In this document: one piece after another, positions 38,945-49,368 of the stretch | Position numbering within the stretch: the stretch's first letter is position 1 | Layout of the letters: every line of letters starts with the position of its first letter | Assembly: GCA_016931315.1 (NCBI GenBank) | Contig: JAFGFB010000199.1 | Span: 882 to 64,881 of the forward strand | From: Anaerolineae bacterium | Lineage (GTDB): Bacteria > Chloroflexota > Anaerolineae > B4-G1 > SLSP01 | Length of the DNA: 64,000 nucleotides | Direction of reading: 5' to 3' | Notes under the pieces: model-generated | Told to the model about the DNA's origin: nothing | The model's input: only the letters and a program-made list of their open reading frames with translations | Database searches by the model: none | Program-made: the position numbers and the translations under genes

Positions 38945-40378
38945 CTCGCTGCCCTCGCCCAGGCGTGCGCGCAGTATCTCCACGAGCGCGGTGTGGGGAA
39001 TGCAATTTTTGAGAGCGAACGCCGACAGTGTGTTGTCAATTTGGGTTTCTGTCATTTTGGCAAACAGGTGGGCAAAGGCGGGTTGCATCAGCTGCGCCAC
39101 ATAGCCCGAGAGCGTTGCCTGCGCCAGGTAAGTTTCGTTGGCTTGGGGATCAATCAGCGGATCGTTGAGTACTGCTTCCACATACCGCGCGAGGGTGCGG
39201 ACTTGCTCTCGTACCGGTGTGCTGGGCAGCCAGCCCATCCAAAAATCAGCGCCCAGTTCGCGTTTGGCTTCTAATAGCTGCGCCGTCCGCTGCATAAAGG
39301 CGGATTGGGGGTTGACGGTAACCCAACCCATCACGCCTACATCTTTGTAGGTCCACATGGTCCAATGAATTTGATGGGCATTGAAGACCTCAAGTTGATC
39401 ATCCAGGGCGTGTACCCGGTCTGGAATTTCCTCCACCGGTCCATTGTAGACGGCTCCTAACTCGCCAACCCATAACGGTACAGCGTAACGTTGGGCAAAT
39501 CGGGTCCCTTGCCGGGTCAGGAGCACCGTCTCCTGGTAGGCGCGATCCCATTGCTGCCCACCAAAAGCGCCGGGGTAAGGACCTGGTCCAAAGCCGGCGG
39601 CGGTGTAGTTGTGGCTGCTGTAGACCAGATTGGCAGCAAAGGGTGCCTCTAGCCCGTCGAAGCGGGTGGAGAAATAGTCGCCTTCCAGGAAAATGATATG
39701 CTCTGTATCAATGGCGCGGATGGCTTCCACCGTACGCCGGTAGATGCGGTTGATGCTGTCCCAATCTGTGGTGTACGTATTGCTGAAGCGGCCGCCAGGG
39801 GCGTTGTTCACTGGCTCGTTCATCAGGTTGTAACCCGCGATGGCGGCATTGCCCTTGTAGTGACGCGCGAATTCCTGCCATAAGGCGATGAAGCGCTCCT
39901 GGAAGTGTGGGTGTTGCCAGAAGAGACTGTGCCGGCTGCTGTTATCGGAATGCCAATCGGTGTTCTGCCAGCCCTGAACCGCGTGCAGGTCAATGATGGC
40001 ATAGAGTCCGTGTCGTGCGCACCATTCGATGGCGCGGTCCAGGCGAGCAAAGCCTGCCTCCAGATATTCAAAGGGCTGTGCATCATCCTCGAAGTGCCGG
40101 TAATTGACAGCCAATCTTACCACTGTTGCGCCCAATGATTTCATGAACGCAATGTCATCTTCGTCGAGGAAATAATCCAACCAGCGGTCAAAGAAGAATC
40201 GCGCCTTCTCGGGGCCTAGAATTTGCGTGAAGGTTCGGCGCAGGGAATGCTCGGCGCCAGGGTAACCGTTGATGAAGTTTTCCATGTTCATCCAACCCCC
40301 GACACATGCGCCGCGCAGTGCCACAGGAGCACCTTGGGCGTTCACTATCTGGGCTTCCTTTACCTGTAATAAGTCCAT
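38939..40378 (-). CDS. Glycoside hydrolase family 5 protein
   Basis: GH5 acid/base NEP motif (AGYNLMNEP), [16 protein letters not shown], a TIM-barrel pattern and a C-terminal helical extension. Confidence 0.75.
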   Translation of the reverse strand: MDLLQVKEAQIVNAQGAPVALRGACVGGWMNMENFINGYPGAEHSLRRTFTQILGPEKARFFFDRWLDYFLDEDDIAFMKSLGATVVRLAVNYRHFEDDAQPFEYLEAGFARLDRAIEWCARHGLYAIIDLHAVQGWQNTDWHSDNSSRHSLFWQHPHFQERFIALWQEFARHYKGNAAIAGYNLMNEPVNNAPGGRFSNTYTTDWDSINRIYRRTVEAIRAIDTEHIIFLEGDYFSTRFDGLEAPFAANLVYSSHNYTAAGFGPGPYPGAFGGQQWDRAYQETVLLTRQGTRFAQRYAVPLWVGELGAVYNGPVEEIPDRVHALDDQLEVFNAHQIHWTMWTYKDVGVMGWVTVNPQSAFMQRTAQLLEAKRELGADFWMGWLPSTPVREQVRTLARYVEAVLNDPLIDPQANETYLAQATLSGYVAQLMQPAFAHLFAKMTETQIDNTLSAFALKNCIPHTALVEILRARLGEGSET

Positions 40379-40445
40379 AAGCTTCCTTTCAGAATTGAGG
40401 TGGGTTGATAGTAGCAGACTTGCTGAAGCAGCGGGTTCGCTGAAA

Positions 40446-41381
40446 CTAATCTACGGCGTCATTGATTCCGTTGCTTGCGCCGCCTGCACCGCTGCGGCGT
40501 TGCACGGGAGGACTGCGGAATGCGCCCGTGCCGGAAATACGTCCGCTAGCACCAAAGAGGCGCAATTTCTCGCGTACCCGTTCTTTTACCGCTTCGCGAG
40601 CAGGCGTGAACAGCTTGCGGAAATCCACTTCGGCGGGTTCCGCTTGCATGGCATCCCGCAAAGCACCCACAAAAGCTTGCTTCAGATAGGTCGAGACATT
40701 CACTTTGCAGACGCCGTAGGTAATAGCCTCCAGGACGCTTTCATGTTTGACGCCCGATGAGCCATGCAGCACCAGCGGGATTGCGACTTGTTCGCTGATA
40801 GAATGAACGCGGTCAATATCGAGCTCCGCTTGCCTGTCGGTCATGGCGTGGATCGAGCCTACGGCTACTGCAAGTGAATCACAGCCGGTACGCTGTACGA
40901 AATCCGCTGCCTCATCCGGTTCGGTCATCGCGTTGGCGACTTCTCTGGCTGTGACGCCGGTTTGCAGGACTTTTCCCAGTTCGGCTTCTACCGGAATGCC
41001 TGCACTGTGCGCCATTTGCACAACCTGCGTGGTGATGTTGATGTTTTCCTCATAAGGCAAACGTGAGCCATCGAACATCAGCGAGGTGAATCCGGTGCGC
41101 AATGCGTGGACGTTTTGCGCAAAGCTGATCCCATGATCCAGGTGCAGCACGACGGGGATATCCACTTCTTCAGCGATCGTGCGGACCATGGCGGCAGGCA
41201 GCGTCAACCCGGCATAGAGAATGGTTGGTCCGCTGACCTGGAGGATCACCGGTGCGCGTTCTTCTTCTGCCGCCTCGATGATGGCTTGCAGAATTTCCAT
41301 GTTATCGGCATTGAAAGCGCCGACGGCGAATCTTGCTTCGTGTGCATATTGCAGTACTTCTGTGCTGCGTACCAGTGGCAT
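40446..41381 (-). CDS. fba: Class II fructose-bisphosphate aldolase
   Basis: [50 protein letters not shown] is almost colinear with Bacillus FbaA N-termini. Zn-binding His residues are present (HLDHG, GSIHAM, LHGSSG). Confidence 0.8.
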   Translation of the reverse strand: MPLVRSTEVLQYAHEARFAVGAFNADNMEILQAIIEAAEEERAPVILQVSGPTILYAGLTLPAAMVRTIAEEVDIPVVLHLDHGISFAQNVHALRTGFTSLMFDGSRLPYEENINITTQVVQMAHSAGIPVEAELGKVLQTGVTAREVANAMTEPDEAADFVQRTGCDSLAVAVGSIHAMTDRQAELDIDRVHSISEQVAIPLVLHGSSGVKHESVLEAITYGVCKVNVSTYLKQAFVGALRDAMQAEPAEVDFRKLFTPAREAVKERVREKLRLFGASGRISGTGAFRSPPVQRRSGAGGASNGINDAVD

Positions 41382-41466
41382 GAGTACCTCCTGGAATTGA
41401 TATCGTGAGTTAGTGTGAGCGAATCAGCGTGTGCAGAAGTCAGGGGAGCAAAACCCAAGCGCAACC

Positions 41467-44400
41467 CTACATCCACACCATGAACGTTTTGATCTCGTAC
41501 GGCTTAATCGCAAAGGTGAGAGTATCTCCCTTGATGATTACGGGCGTTTCTTGTTCTTCCATCAGATTACATTCCACTGCGCGGTGTATGGGCAGCCCAA
41601 AACGCAATCGCACTGCCGGGTTGCGAAATTGCCTGGTCTCGTAGACGCGCACGATCCATGCCGTTGTGCTCAGCGAGTCTTCATACTCTGCCTTCTTGAG
41701 CGTCTCTAGAATGACATGGTCGGTATCGAGTGTGGCGAGTGCCATGGTCGGGGGCAGGTTCCCGGGTTGCGCGTGTGGAATTATGGTCGCGTGCAGGGGA
41801 GCATTGAGTGCATAGCCCTGTGGAATCACAGCGCTGGCGCGCCAGTCGCCGGCATGTGGCAACAGGCTATAGGTGAAACAGTGCTCGCCCAGATCAGCTT
41901 CCGGGTCCGGGTAAATCGGCGATTTGATGAGCGTGAGCCGCAAGATATTGTCGTGCACATCATGTCCGTATTTGCAGTCGTTGAGCAAGGCCACGCCGTA
42001 GTTGCCCTCGGAAAGGTCTACCCACTTGTGGGCAGGAACCTCGAAGCGCGCCGCATCCCAACTGGTGTTGTGGTGTGTGGGGCGCTCCAGATTCCCAAAC
42101 TGAATATCGTACGTGGCGCGGGTGGCGCGCACATTGACCGGAAAGGCGACTTTGAGCAACGTTTGCCGTTCCCGCCAGATTACCTTTGTGCGGAAATCAA
42201 TCCGGGGATGCCGCGCATAAAAGCTCAGCCTCTGGGTAATGAGGGATTTCCCATAGCGCCAGCATAACCGCAGACTGCCACGCACTGGGCCTGTTTCCTC
42301 AACGATTGCCTCCAACAGTTCCGTGACTTCGCGTTGTTTCTCTTCATAGTAGGGGTCAATCTCCCAGGCATCACCGGTGAGTGGTTTGTCCTCGAAGATT
42401 TGTAGTACGTTGCCGGGCACGCTCAACGTGCCTGGCGCGTCTGGCGCAAGCACCTCTCGGGTATTGACTTTATCGAAGAGCGAGGCGATTTGCCCTTGGG
42501 CGTTGAGCGTGAGGCGATAGAAAGCGTTTTCCAGTTTTTCCGGTGTGATATCCAGTAGTTCCACGGTTGGCGCCGGCGTGGCTCGTGCATCTGCTAGAGG
42601 ATAGATGCAATAGCCCAACGCGGGCGCGGCGGGAATATCCACCAGCAGCAGCGCTTTGCCGTCTTCTTCGACCTGTTGTAGGGGGAGCGCCTCGCCCTGT
42701 GGACTGAGAATGGCCTTGCCTTCAAAAACACTGTCTGCTTCCAGGGTCGCAACATCATCGCGTTGCTGTCCCAATGTGTTGAAGACCACCAATGCCGGAC
42801 CCGAGGTGGGTATCTGGGCGCACAAGCGTTCCTGCGCCCGTCTTATTGCCGCCTCGCCCAGCGAGAAAATCCAGGCGTAATCCTTGCGGCAGTCCTCATA
42901 GACTGCATGAATGGAGGAACCGGGGAGAATATCGTGGAATTGATTCCGTAGCAGGTGCTCCCAGCCCTGGCGTAACTCCGCCTGTGGGTACGCTGCTGCA
43001 CCGGTCACGATGTCTGCCAATGCGCTGAGCGCTTCCGCGTCGTGGTATAGCACTTCTGCTTTGCGGTTTGCCCGCTTGATGAAGCCTTGCGAGGTGTAGG
43101 TGCCGCGATGCAATTCCAGATAGAGTTCACCATCCCAGACCGGCAGACTCTTTCCACCTACCCGTTGTTTAAGTCGCTCGAAATATGATTCCACCTTGCC
43201 CATCTGAACCCGAGGCATTCCGGGTAGGTTTGCCAGCACTCGCGCGGTTTTCAACATCTCGCGGGTTGGTCCGCCTCCCCCATCGCCCCAACCGAAAGAG
43301 AGCAACAGCTCATCATTGAGCGCTTTTTGCTGGTAATGATCCCAGGTGCCCTTCACATCGAAGGGCGTTAATTGCCCGATGTAGGTGAAGCTTCTTTCGC
43401 CTGGCGCGGGTGTGGTACCAAAATGCGCCAGTACTTCGGTGCCGTCAATACCGCGCCAGCGGAATGTATCATAAGGGAAGCGATTGAATTGGTTCCAGCT
43501 GAGTTTAATTGTCATGAAACTGGATATTCCGCTGCGATGCATCAGTTGTGGCAGCACCGCAGAATAGCCGAAGACATCGGGCATCCACAGCACCGTTGTC
43601 CGCTGTCCCAGATGGCGTTCGATAGTCTCTTTTCCGAGTAGCAATTGTCGCACCAGCGATTCACCGCCAGGCAGGTTAGTATCGGCTTCGACCCACATAG
43701 CGCCGGTCACCTCAAAGCGTCCCTCATCCACACGCGCCTTGATCGCGGCGTAGAGTTCGGGATAGCGTTCTTCGAGCAATTTGAAGAGCTGTGGCGTGGA
43801 GTGCATGTAGCAATACTCGGGATATTGCCGCATGAGGTTGAGAACAGTGGCAAACGTGCGAGAAGCTTTCTCAATGGTGGCATCCATCTGCCAGAGCCAT
43901 GCGAGATCAATGTGCGAATGCCCTACCACGGTGATGGTGGGTTTGAGGGCGTCGCTCTGCCCCAGCGCCGCGAGCGCTTTTTGCAGCACTTGACTGGCTT
44001 CGCTGATCGAACTGTAGAAGGCATTTGAGCGTGGGTAGGCAAAATCAATGACGTGGAAGGCCCCGTCGAGTGCTTCCAGCAACCGCAGGCGGCGCAGATC
44101 GTTGGGGTCCAACTCTTTTGCGGATTTGAGTACCGTGTCCGCAACCGCATAAAATTGCTCGGTTGCCTCATCAATGCGCACCAGCTCGGCGAGTTTGAAG
44201 TGGCGTTGCGGCGGCGGAGCGAAGACGCCGCTCCACGCTTTGAGCGCGAGCGCCAGTTGCCCTCTCGCCACTGCTGCTGGCGGCAGTACGGCTTCCTCGT
44301 GCCAGATATCAATGCCCTGTAATGGGGCGCCATTCACATAGAGCAGTGTCTCGGCGGTAGATTTTCCCCCATCGCGGGGACCGACTAAAAAGTGCAGCGC

Positions 44401-44667
44401 CACCTTTGCCTGCCGCCATGTTTCAGGCACGGTGACGACGGCTCGAAACCAGGCGGTGATGTCATAGCCACCCCAGGTCTGCCCAACGGCAAAATCCGTC
44501 CAGGCACTATCATCGAAGTCGGGGTGATGCGCGGTTTCGATGCCCTCAGGTGGGGGGGTGGTGGGATATTGTATCATGCGGAATCGCGGAACAGGCTGAG
44601 CCTCACGGTAAATTGCCGCACGGATTTCGGGAAGCTGGCGTTCGATTTTTTCGATGGTGAAGACCAT
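41467..44667 (-). CDS. Glycoside hydrolase family 38 alpha-mannosidase (large form)
   Basis: GH38 N-domain VVGHSHIDLAWLWQ, central and C-terminal beta-domains. 1066 aa. Confidence 0.9.
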   Translation of the reverse strand: MVFTIEKIERQLPEIRAAIYREAQPVPRFRMIQYPTTPPPEGIETAHHPDFDDSAWTDFAVGQTWGGYDITAWFRAVVTVPETWRQAKVALHFLVGPRDGGKSTAETLLYVNGAPLQGIDIWHEEAVLPPAAVARGQLALALKAWSGVFAPPPQRHFKLAELVRIDEATEQFYAVADTVLKSAKELDPNDLRRLRLLEALDGAFHVIDFAYPRSNAFYSSISEASQVLQKALAALGQSDALKPTITVVGHSHIDLAWLWQMDATIEKASRTFATVLNLMRQYPEYCYMHSTPQLFKLLEERYPELYAAIKARVDEGRFEVTGAMWVEADTNLPGGESLVRQLLLGKETIERHLGQRTTVLWMPDVFGYSAVLPQLMHRSGISSFMTIKLSWNQFNRFPYDTFRWRGIDGTEVLAHFGTTPAPGERSFTYIGQLTPFDVKGTWDHYQQKALNDELLLSFGWGDGGGGPTREMLKTARVLANLPGMPRVQMGKVESYFERLKQRVGGKSLPVWDGELYLELHRGTYTSQGFIKRANRKAEVLYHDAEALSALADIVTGAAAYPQAELRQGWEHLLRNQFHDILPGSSIHAVYEDCRKDYAWIFSLGEAAIRRAQERLCAQIPTSGPALVVFNTLGQQRDDVATLEADSVFEGKAILSPQGEALPLQQVEEDGKALLLVDIPAAPALGYCIYPLADARATPAPTVELLDITPEKLENAFYRLTLNAQGQIASLFDKVNTREVLAPDAPGTLSVPGNVLQIFEDKPLTGDAWEIDPYYEEKQREVTELLEAIVEETGPVRGSLRLCWRYGKSLITQRLSFYARHPRIDFRTKVIWRERQTLLKVAFPVNVRATRATYDIQFGNLERPTHHNTSWDAARFEVPAHKWVDLSEGNYGVALLNDCKYGHDVHDNILRLTLIKSPIYPDPEADLGEHCFTYSLLPHAGDWRASAVIPQGYALNAPLHATIIPHAQPGNLPPTMALATLDTDHVILETLKKAEYEDSLSTTAWIVRVYETRQFRNPAVRLRFGLPIHRAVECNLMEEQETPVIIKGDTLTFAIKPYEIKTFMVWM

Positions 44668-44692
44668 GGTTGTGGCATCTCCTAAAAACAGT

Positions 44693-45685
44693 TTATCGAG
44701 TCATCTGTCGTTTCTCTGGTACAGCACTTTTCGAAGCCAGGGCTGCCACGGCGAGTCCGGCATAATCCCCTACTTGCTCACCCAGCCCGGCAGGGACAAT
44801 ATCGCAGACCGCCAGCGCATGGGGATGCGCTTCAGCCTGCAAAACCTGTAGGACAGTGGTCTCCAGCAACTCCCGTTGGTGCCCATAGATACTGCCGATG
44901 ACGATGCGTTCGGGGTTGAGGATATCCACCAGCAGCGCCAATCCTTGCCCCAACCGTTGTGCCACCGCAGCGAAAATTTCCTGCGCTAGAGTATCGCCCG
45001 CCCGCGCTGCTATGCCAACGCTCTCGGCGGTGATGGCAGGGAGTGTTTCTAAGGTGGGGCAAAAAGCGGGTGGTTGTCCTTCCTGAAGCGCCGCAAGCGC
45101 GCGTTGTTGCGCCCACCGGGCGATTCCGCCGCCGCTACAGAATCCCTCAAAGGACCCGCGCTTGCCATAGCCCAGGGGGCCTGTCTCTGCAAGCCGTACA
45201 TGCCCCACTTCGCCCGCCATATCGCTTGCACCGATATAGAGGCGTCCATCGATGATCAGCCCGGCGCCCATTCCCGTGCCAAAGGTGAGGAAAATCATGT
45301 TGTGACATCCCCGCCCGGCGCCCCATTGCCACTCTGCCAGGGCGCAAGCATTGGCATCATTTTGCAACATTGCCGGCGCGTTGAAGCGCTCGCGAAATGG
45401 CGTTACTACATTGGTGTGATCCCAGCCCGGCAGGTTCGGCGGCGAGAGGATCAGCCCCTGCGCGCTATCGAGAGGTCCGCCGCAGCTGATGCCGGTCGCG
45501 GTGAGCCTGCGGCCAGCAAGGAGCTCCTCGAGTGCGCCGCCGAGCGCGCATAGTGTGGCTGTGGGGGTGGGGGGCGTGGAAAAGCGCCGCTTTTCGAGCA
45601 AGGTTACCCCTGCCCCTTCGCTCTCTCCCAGGCAGACGGCACACTTGGTCCCCCCAATATCAATTCCGGCTAGCAGGTCGCTCAT
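44693..45685 (-). CDS. ROK-family sugar kinase (glucokinase/N-acetylglucosamine kinase-like)
   Basis: LAGIDIGGTKCAVCLG phosphate-1 motif, ROK signature and Cys-rich Zn motif region (GHVRL...CSGG). Confidence 0.85.
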   Translation of the reverse strand: MSDLLAGIDIGGTKCAVCLGESEGAGVTLLEKRRFSTPPTPTATLCALGGALEELLAGRRLTATGISCGGPLDSAQGLILSPPNLPGWDHTNVVTPFRERFNAPAMLQNDANACALAEWQWGAGRGCHNMIFLTFGTGMGAGLIIDGRLYIGASDMAGEVGHVRLAETGPLGYGKRGSFEGFCSGGGIARWAQQRALAALQEGQPPAFCPTLETLPAITAESVGIAARAGDTLAQEIFAAVAQRLGQGLALLVDILNPERIVIGSIYGHQRELLETTVLQVLQAEAHPHALAVCDIVPAGLGEQVGDYAGLAVAALASKSAVPEKRQMTR

Positions 45686-46311
45686 GCAAAGAACTCCGCT
45701 TCCAGCATCTCACAGAGTGCGTGATACAGGGCTTGATGTCCGCTTTGCACCGCTGCCACGCTCGCGCGCGGCACATAGAGGGTCACATCGCAAAGCGAAG
45801 GCATAGCGCCGCCGGTTGCGCCGGTGAAGCCCAGTGTCCATACTCCACGCGCCCGCGCCACTTGCAGCGCATGCAGCACACTGACTGAGACACCGGAAAC
45901 GCTCAACGCCCACAGCACGTCGCCTGAGCGTCCATAGCCATAAACCTGCTGAGCGAATATCATGTCTGCGGCGACATCGTTGGCGAATGCCGTCATCAGG
46001 GCGACCTGGCTAACGAGTGAGATGGCGGGCAAGGCGCCCTGTAAATGTTCTGCCAGGTAGGTTCCTTCCGCGGGGCAACCCTCGACCAACTTCTGGTGCG
46101 TCGCCTGTGGAATCGTGCGCGGCAACAGGTAACCCTTCATCAGTTCACCCACGATATGTTCGCTATCTGCAGCGCTGCCGCCATTGCCGCAGACGAGGAC
46201 TTTGCCTCCCGCACGATAACTATTGCGCAGTAGGGCAAAGGCACGCTCTAAATCTGGTACGCATGGCGCCAAATCTGGGTTTTCGCGCAGTAGGGTTTCA
46301 ATGGCAGTCAT
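45682..46311 (-). CDS. SIS-domain sugar-phosphate isomerase (GmhA-like)
   Basis: KVLVCGNGGSAADSEHIVGELMKGY and ALSVSGVS are SIS/GmhA motifs. Overlaps the ROK gene start by 4 nt. Confidence 0.8.
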   Translation of the reverse strand: MTAIETLLRENPDLAPCVPDLERAFALLRNSYRAGGKVLVCGNGGSAADSEHIVGELMKGYLLPRTIPQATHQKLVEGCPAEGTYLAEHLQGALPAISLVSQVALMTAFANDVAADMIFAQQVYGYGRSGDVLWALSVSGVSVSVLHALQVARARGVWTLGFTGATGGAMPSLCDVTLYVPRASVAAVQSGHQALYHALCEMLEAEFFA

Positions 46312-47282
46312 AGAACTTTCTCCTCACTTTCACGCCATACTTTCAGCATAAGTTCGTAACTCGCCAGCGGCATTCCGGTATAAATGCAATTGCTGGTGGA
46401 GAAGATATAGCCTCCGCCCGGTAATCCATGTTCCAGAGCGTAGTTTGCAGAGGCGACGATTTCCTCTGGCGTGCCGGTATCTAGCAGCCCGCAGTTTACA
46501 TTGCCGATCAGGCAGACGCGGTCTCCATAGCGGCGCTTGACCTCGGCAATGTCCACGCCTGCCTGCGGGTCGAGGGAGTGTAGCGCGTGTGGATTGGCTT
46601 GCACCAGTTGGTCAATGATGGGCATGATGTTCCCGTCGGTGTGTTTGATGGTGTAAAAGCCCATGTCCCTATACGCCTGAATCAGCTGCGCCAGATATGG
46701 GGCGATGAACTCGGCAAATTGACTGGGACGCAAAAAGGGACCGGTGTTGAAACAATAATCGGAGCAGAGCGCAAAGCCGTCCAGCCCCCCCGCACGTTGA
46801 TAGAACGCCGCGCGTTCCAGTGCTTTGTGTACTCGCGTCGCGGCCTCAGCCTTCAATTTTTCCGGCTCATCTACCAGGCGATAGCAGAATTCCGTCATCT
46901 CATTGCCTGGAGGAATGCTAAAGGTCGCATCGCCATGGAGCATGAGGAAGTAGCGATCCCCTGTCTTCTCCCGGATGAGGTCAATAATGCGGCGGGTTTC
47001 CTCGGGGCGTTCTGGATTGGGATGGATGAAAATCGCGCTGTGTTCGTAGCGCTCTGCTGTAGCGATGAAGAGATTCGCCATATCCTCACGGTGCAGTTGT
47101 CGTTCACGTTCCTCCATTTGCAGCCATTGCTCGTAATCGCGGTGCGATGGGTGCACCTTGCCAAAGGCTTCCATGGTGAGGAAGAACACGAGTTCGAAAT
47201 GCGGCACGCGCCCGCTCAGAGGACGGCGTTCGAGTGCCGCGATGAAACGTTCACGCGGGGTCATGGCTTGCCTCCTTTGCAC
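46308..47282 (-). CDS. Uroporphyrinogen decarboxylase (URO-D) family protein
   Basis: URO-D fold pattern (MTPRERFIAALERRP... HGDATFSIP...). Its role within the sugar locus is unknown. Confidence 0.65.
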   Translation of the reverse strand: MQRRQAMTPRERFIAALERRPLSGRVPHFELVFFLTMEAFGKVHPSHRDYEQWLQMEERERQLHREDMANLFIATAERYEHSAIFIHPNPERPEETRRIIDLIREKTGDRYFLMLHGDATFSIPPGNEMTEFCYRLVDEPEKLKAEAATRVHKALERAAFYQRAGGLDGFALCSDYCFNTGPFLRPSQFAEFIAPYLAQLIQAYRDMGFYTIKHTDGNIMPIIDQLVQANPHALHSLDPQAGVDIAEVKRRYGDRVCLIGNVNCGLLDTGTPEEIVASANYALEHGLPGGGYIFSTSNCIYTGMPLASYELMLKVWRESEEKVL

Positions 47283-48657
47283 TATTGCTTTTCGTAGCTG
47301 GGAAAGTGCGGGCTGTGCTCTCTTGTTTGCTACCGGCCCCGCGCAAATGCGCGACTGCTTCCGCTAGAAAAGTTGGGGTGCCGAAACTGCCTGATTTGAG
47401 CACTAGCAGCAGCGCCCGTTTCCCCACGCTCAGGCAAGAGGGTAAACCGGGTTGAATCTCTTCCAGAATGCGTAGCCGGGTCACGCCTAGCCGTGCGCAG
47501 ATGGCTGCGGAAGTATCTCCCCCAGCAATCGCTAGCCGGTCCACCTGTGTTTTGCTGACGAGCGTTGTTGTCAGTTCTGCCAGCGCGCTGGAGATAAGGC
47601 GCGAGACCTCCACGGCGCCCATCCCGTGACGTGCGCCGGCTTGTCTGGCGATGGCGACACTATCGGCGTCGTTAGCCGCATAGAGCAACGCGTCTTCGCC
47701 CTGGCTGAGGTGCGCCGCCAGGGCAGCATGTGCTGTAGCCAGCGTCTCCGTGCGCGCCGCCGTATCGAAGAGCCGGAGCGGCTCCAGTTTCCAGCTGTAA
47801 ATGTCCTGATCCCGCAGGTGTTGGATTTGGGCTGTGGTTTGGGGCATCAGGCTTCCGGAGACGATCAGCACGCCTGCGCCGGAATGGGCTGGCAAGGCTG
47901 CTACAGGCTGCGGGGATACGTTCCCCCACGCGCGCGGCAGTTCTTCTCCCAGAGCCGAACTGCCGCAAAAGACGTACGCGTCATGGGTGGCGGCGGCGAT
48001 GGTGGTCAGAGAACTCTGATCTATGACATCAAAAAGCAGGTAGTTGTAACGTTCACGTTGTATGGCGATGTGCTGCCGCAAGATGGTTGCGCCTTGGGCG
48101 ATGATGGCATGATCTACCAGTGCGACTTTTCGACGAGTCTGGCTTTGCAGCACCGTCACCAGGTTGGATTCCAGCAGTGGGTGCACAGGATCGTTACGGA
48201 ACTCCGATTTCGCCAGAGGCACGCCGCGTACATAGTGGATGCCGTTGAGCGTTTGCCGTCCGTTTTTGGGAAAGCCCGCGACTACGATGGCGAAATTCTC
48301 TTCCAGGGCATCGAGCATGGCATCAAACTCCACCCCGACGTTACCCCGGAATACCGAACATGTCTTCTTGAAGAAATGCTGTGCTCCCGCGGCTTTCAGA
48401 TCACGGGTAGCAGCATAGACTTTGGCGTAAGCTACCTCTGGCATATCGAAGCGCGAATCGGTGTCCAGAATACAGACATTTGGCTCTCTCAACACTGTCG
48501 CATCTGAAAGCGCGCCTGGAGTTTGGTAGGAGAACACATCGGTCAGGTAGCCTGCTTTCGCGGTCATGCTGCCGATGTCGTTAGCGCCGGTAATATCATC
48601 GGCGACAACTCCCAGTATGGGGGGAGGAGTGGTAGAAGCGATATTCTTCGTCTGCAT
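47251..48657 (-). CDS. Four-carbon acid sugar kinase family protein (OtnK-like, DUF1537/DUF2257)
   Basis: N-terminal GVVADDITGANDIGS nucleotide-binding motif characteristic of this kinase family. About 468 aa, a two-domain length. Confidence 0.8.
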   Translation of the reverse strand: MQTKNIASTTPPPILGVVADDITGANDIGSMTAKAGYLTDVFSYQTPGALSDATVLREPNVCILDTDSRFDMPEVAYAKVYAATRDLKAAGAQHFFKKTCSVFRGNVGVEFDAMLDALEENFAIVVAGFPKNGRQTLNGIHYVRGVPLAKSEFRNDPVHPLLESNLVTVLQSQTRRKVALVDHAIIAQGATILRQHIAIQRERYNYLLFDVIDQSSLTTIAAATHDAYVFCGSSALGEELPRAWGNVSPQPVAALPAHSGAGVLIVSGSLMPQTTAQIQHLRDQDIYSWKLEPLRLFDTAARTETLATAHAALAAHLSQGEDALLYAANDADSVAIARQAGARHGMGAVEVSRLISSALAELTTTLVSKTQVDRLAIAGGDTSAAICARLGVTRLRILEEIQPGLPSCLSVGKRALLLVLKSGSFGTPTFLAEAVAHLRGAGSKQESTARTFPATKSNSAKEASHDPA

Positions 48658-48690
48658 GGATGCATCCTCTCGCGCGGGAACGGCTTCCGA

Positions 48691-49368
48691 TCACCGCTTT
48701 TCGGTCAACCAACGCCTTCGCGGGCGGTAACCGCTGTGCTCCAGGAAATCCGCCACTTGTTCGGGCGCGACCGGTCGCATTGGAAGAGCTGCGCTGTGCG
48801 CCAGTAAAGCCATCCGGCAGGCTAATTCCAGCGTGTGGAGACCTGCCAGCGCTTCTTGAATGTTGGTGTCGTAGACCAGGACGCCGTGATTCTCTAGCAG
48901 CAACACATTTGCCGTCAGGGCTTGCGCTCTTACTGCCTCTGCGAGCGCTGCTGAACCTGGGTGGCAATACGGTACCCGGGCGACTCGCTCCAGGTAATAC
49001 ATGCCTTCCACAAACCAGTCCGAGGGCGCCGCCATTTGCGCGGCTGAAACCAGGGTGCTGTGCAGTGGGGAGGCGTGTAGCACTGCATTGATCTCCGGAC
49101 GCAGGGCGTAGATAGTGTGATGCATGGGGGCTTCTTTCGAGGGGCGTCGTCCCTGCGGGTGGGTATAGCTGCCATCGAAGGCGCATTCCACGAAATCAGA
49201 CTCGTCCAGATTGCCCAGAAAAGCGCCTGTGGCGGTAATCAGAAAGCGCTCCGGTCCAACGCGCGTGCTGAGGTTCCCGGAATTACCCCACGTGAGCTCG
49301 TTCGCCAGCAGGTATTTTCCCGCATCCTGCAAACTGCGCTGCGCCGTAGCGTACTCGAGATGGGTCAT
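48691..49368 (-). CDS. Class II aldolase/adducin-family protein (fuculose-phosphate aldolase / OtnC-like)
   Basis: Metal-binding His pattern (...LHASPLHSTLVSAAQ...LENHGVLVYD...) typical of class II aldolase/adducin domains. The start at MTHLEY is preceded by AAAGGAGAG and overlaps the upstream GH2 stop as ATGA (49365-49368). Confidence 0.8.
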   Translation of the reverse strand: MTHLEYATAQRSLQDAGKYLLANELTWGNSGNLSTRVGPERFLITATGAFLGNLDESDFVECAFDGSYTHPQGRRPSKEAPMHHTIYALRPEINAVLHASPLHSTLVSAAQMAAPSDWFVEGMYYLERVARVPYCHPGSAALAEAVRAQALTANVLLLENHGVLVYDTNIQEALAGLHTLELACRMALLAHSAALPMRPVAPEQVADFLEHSGYRPRRRWLTEKR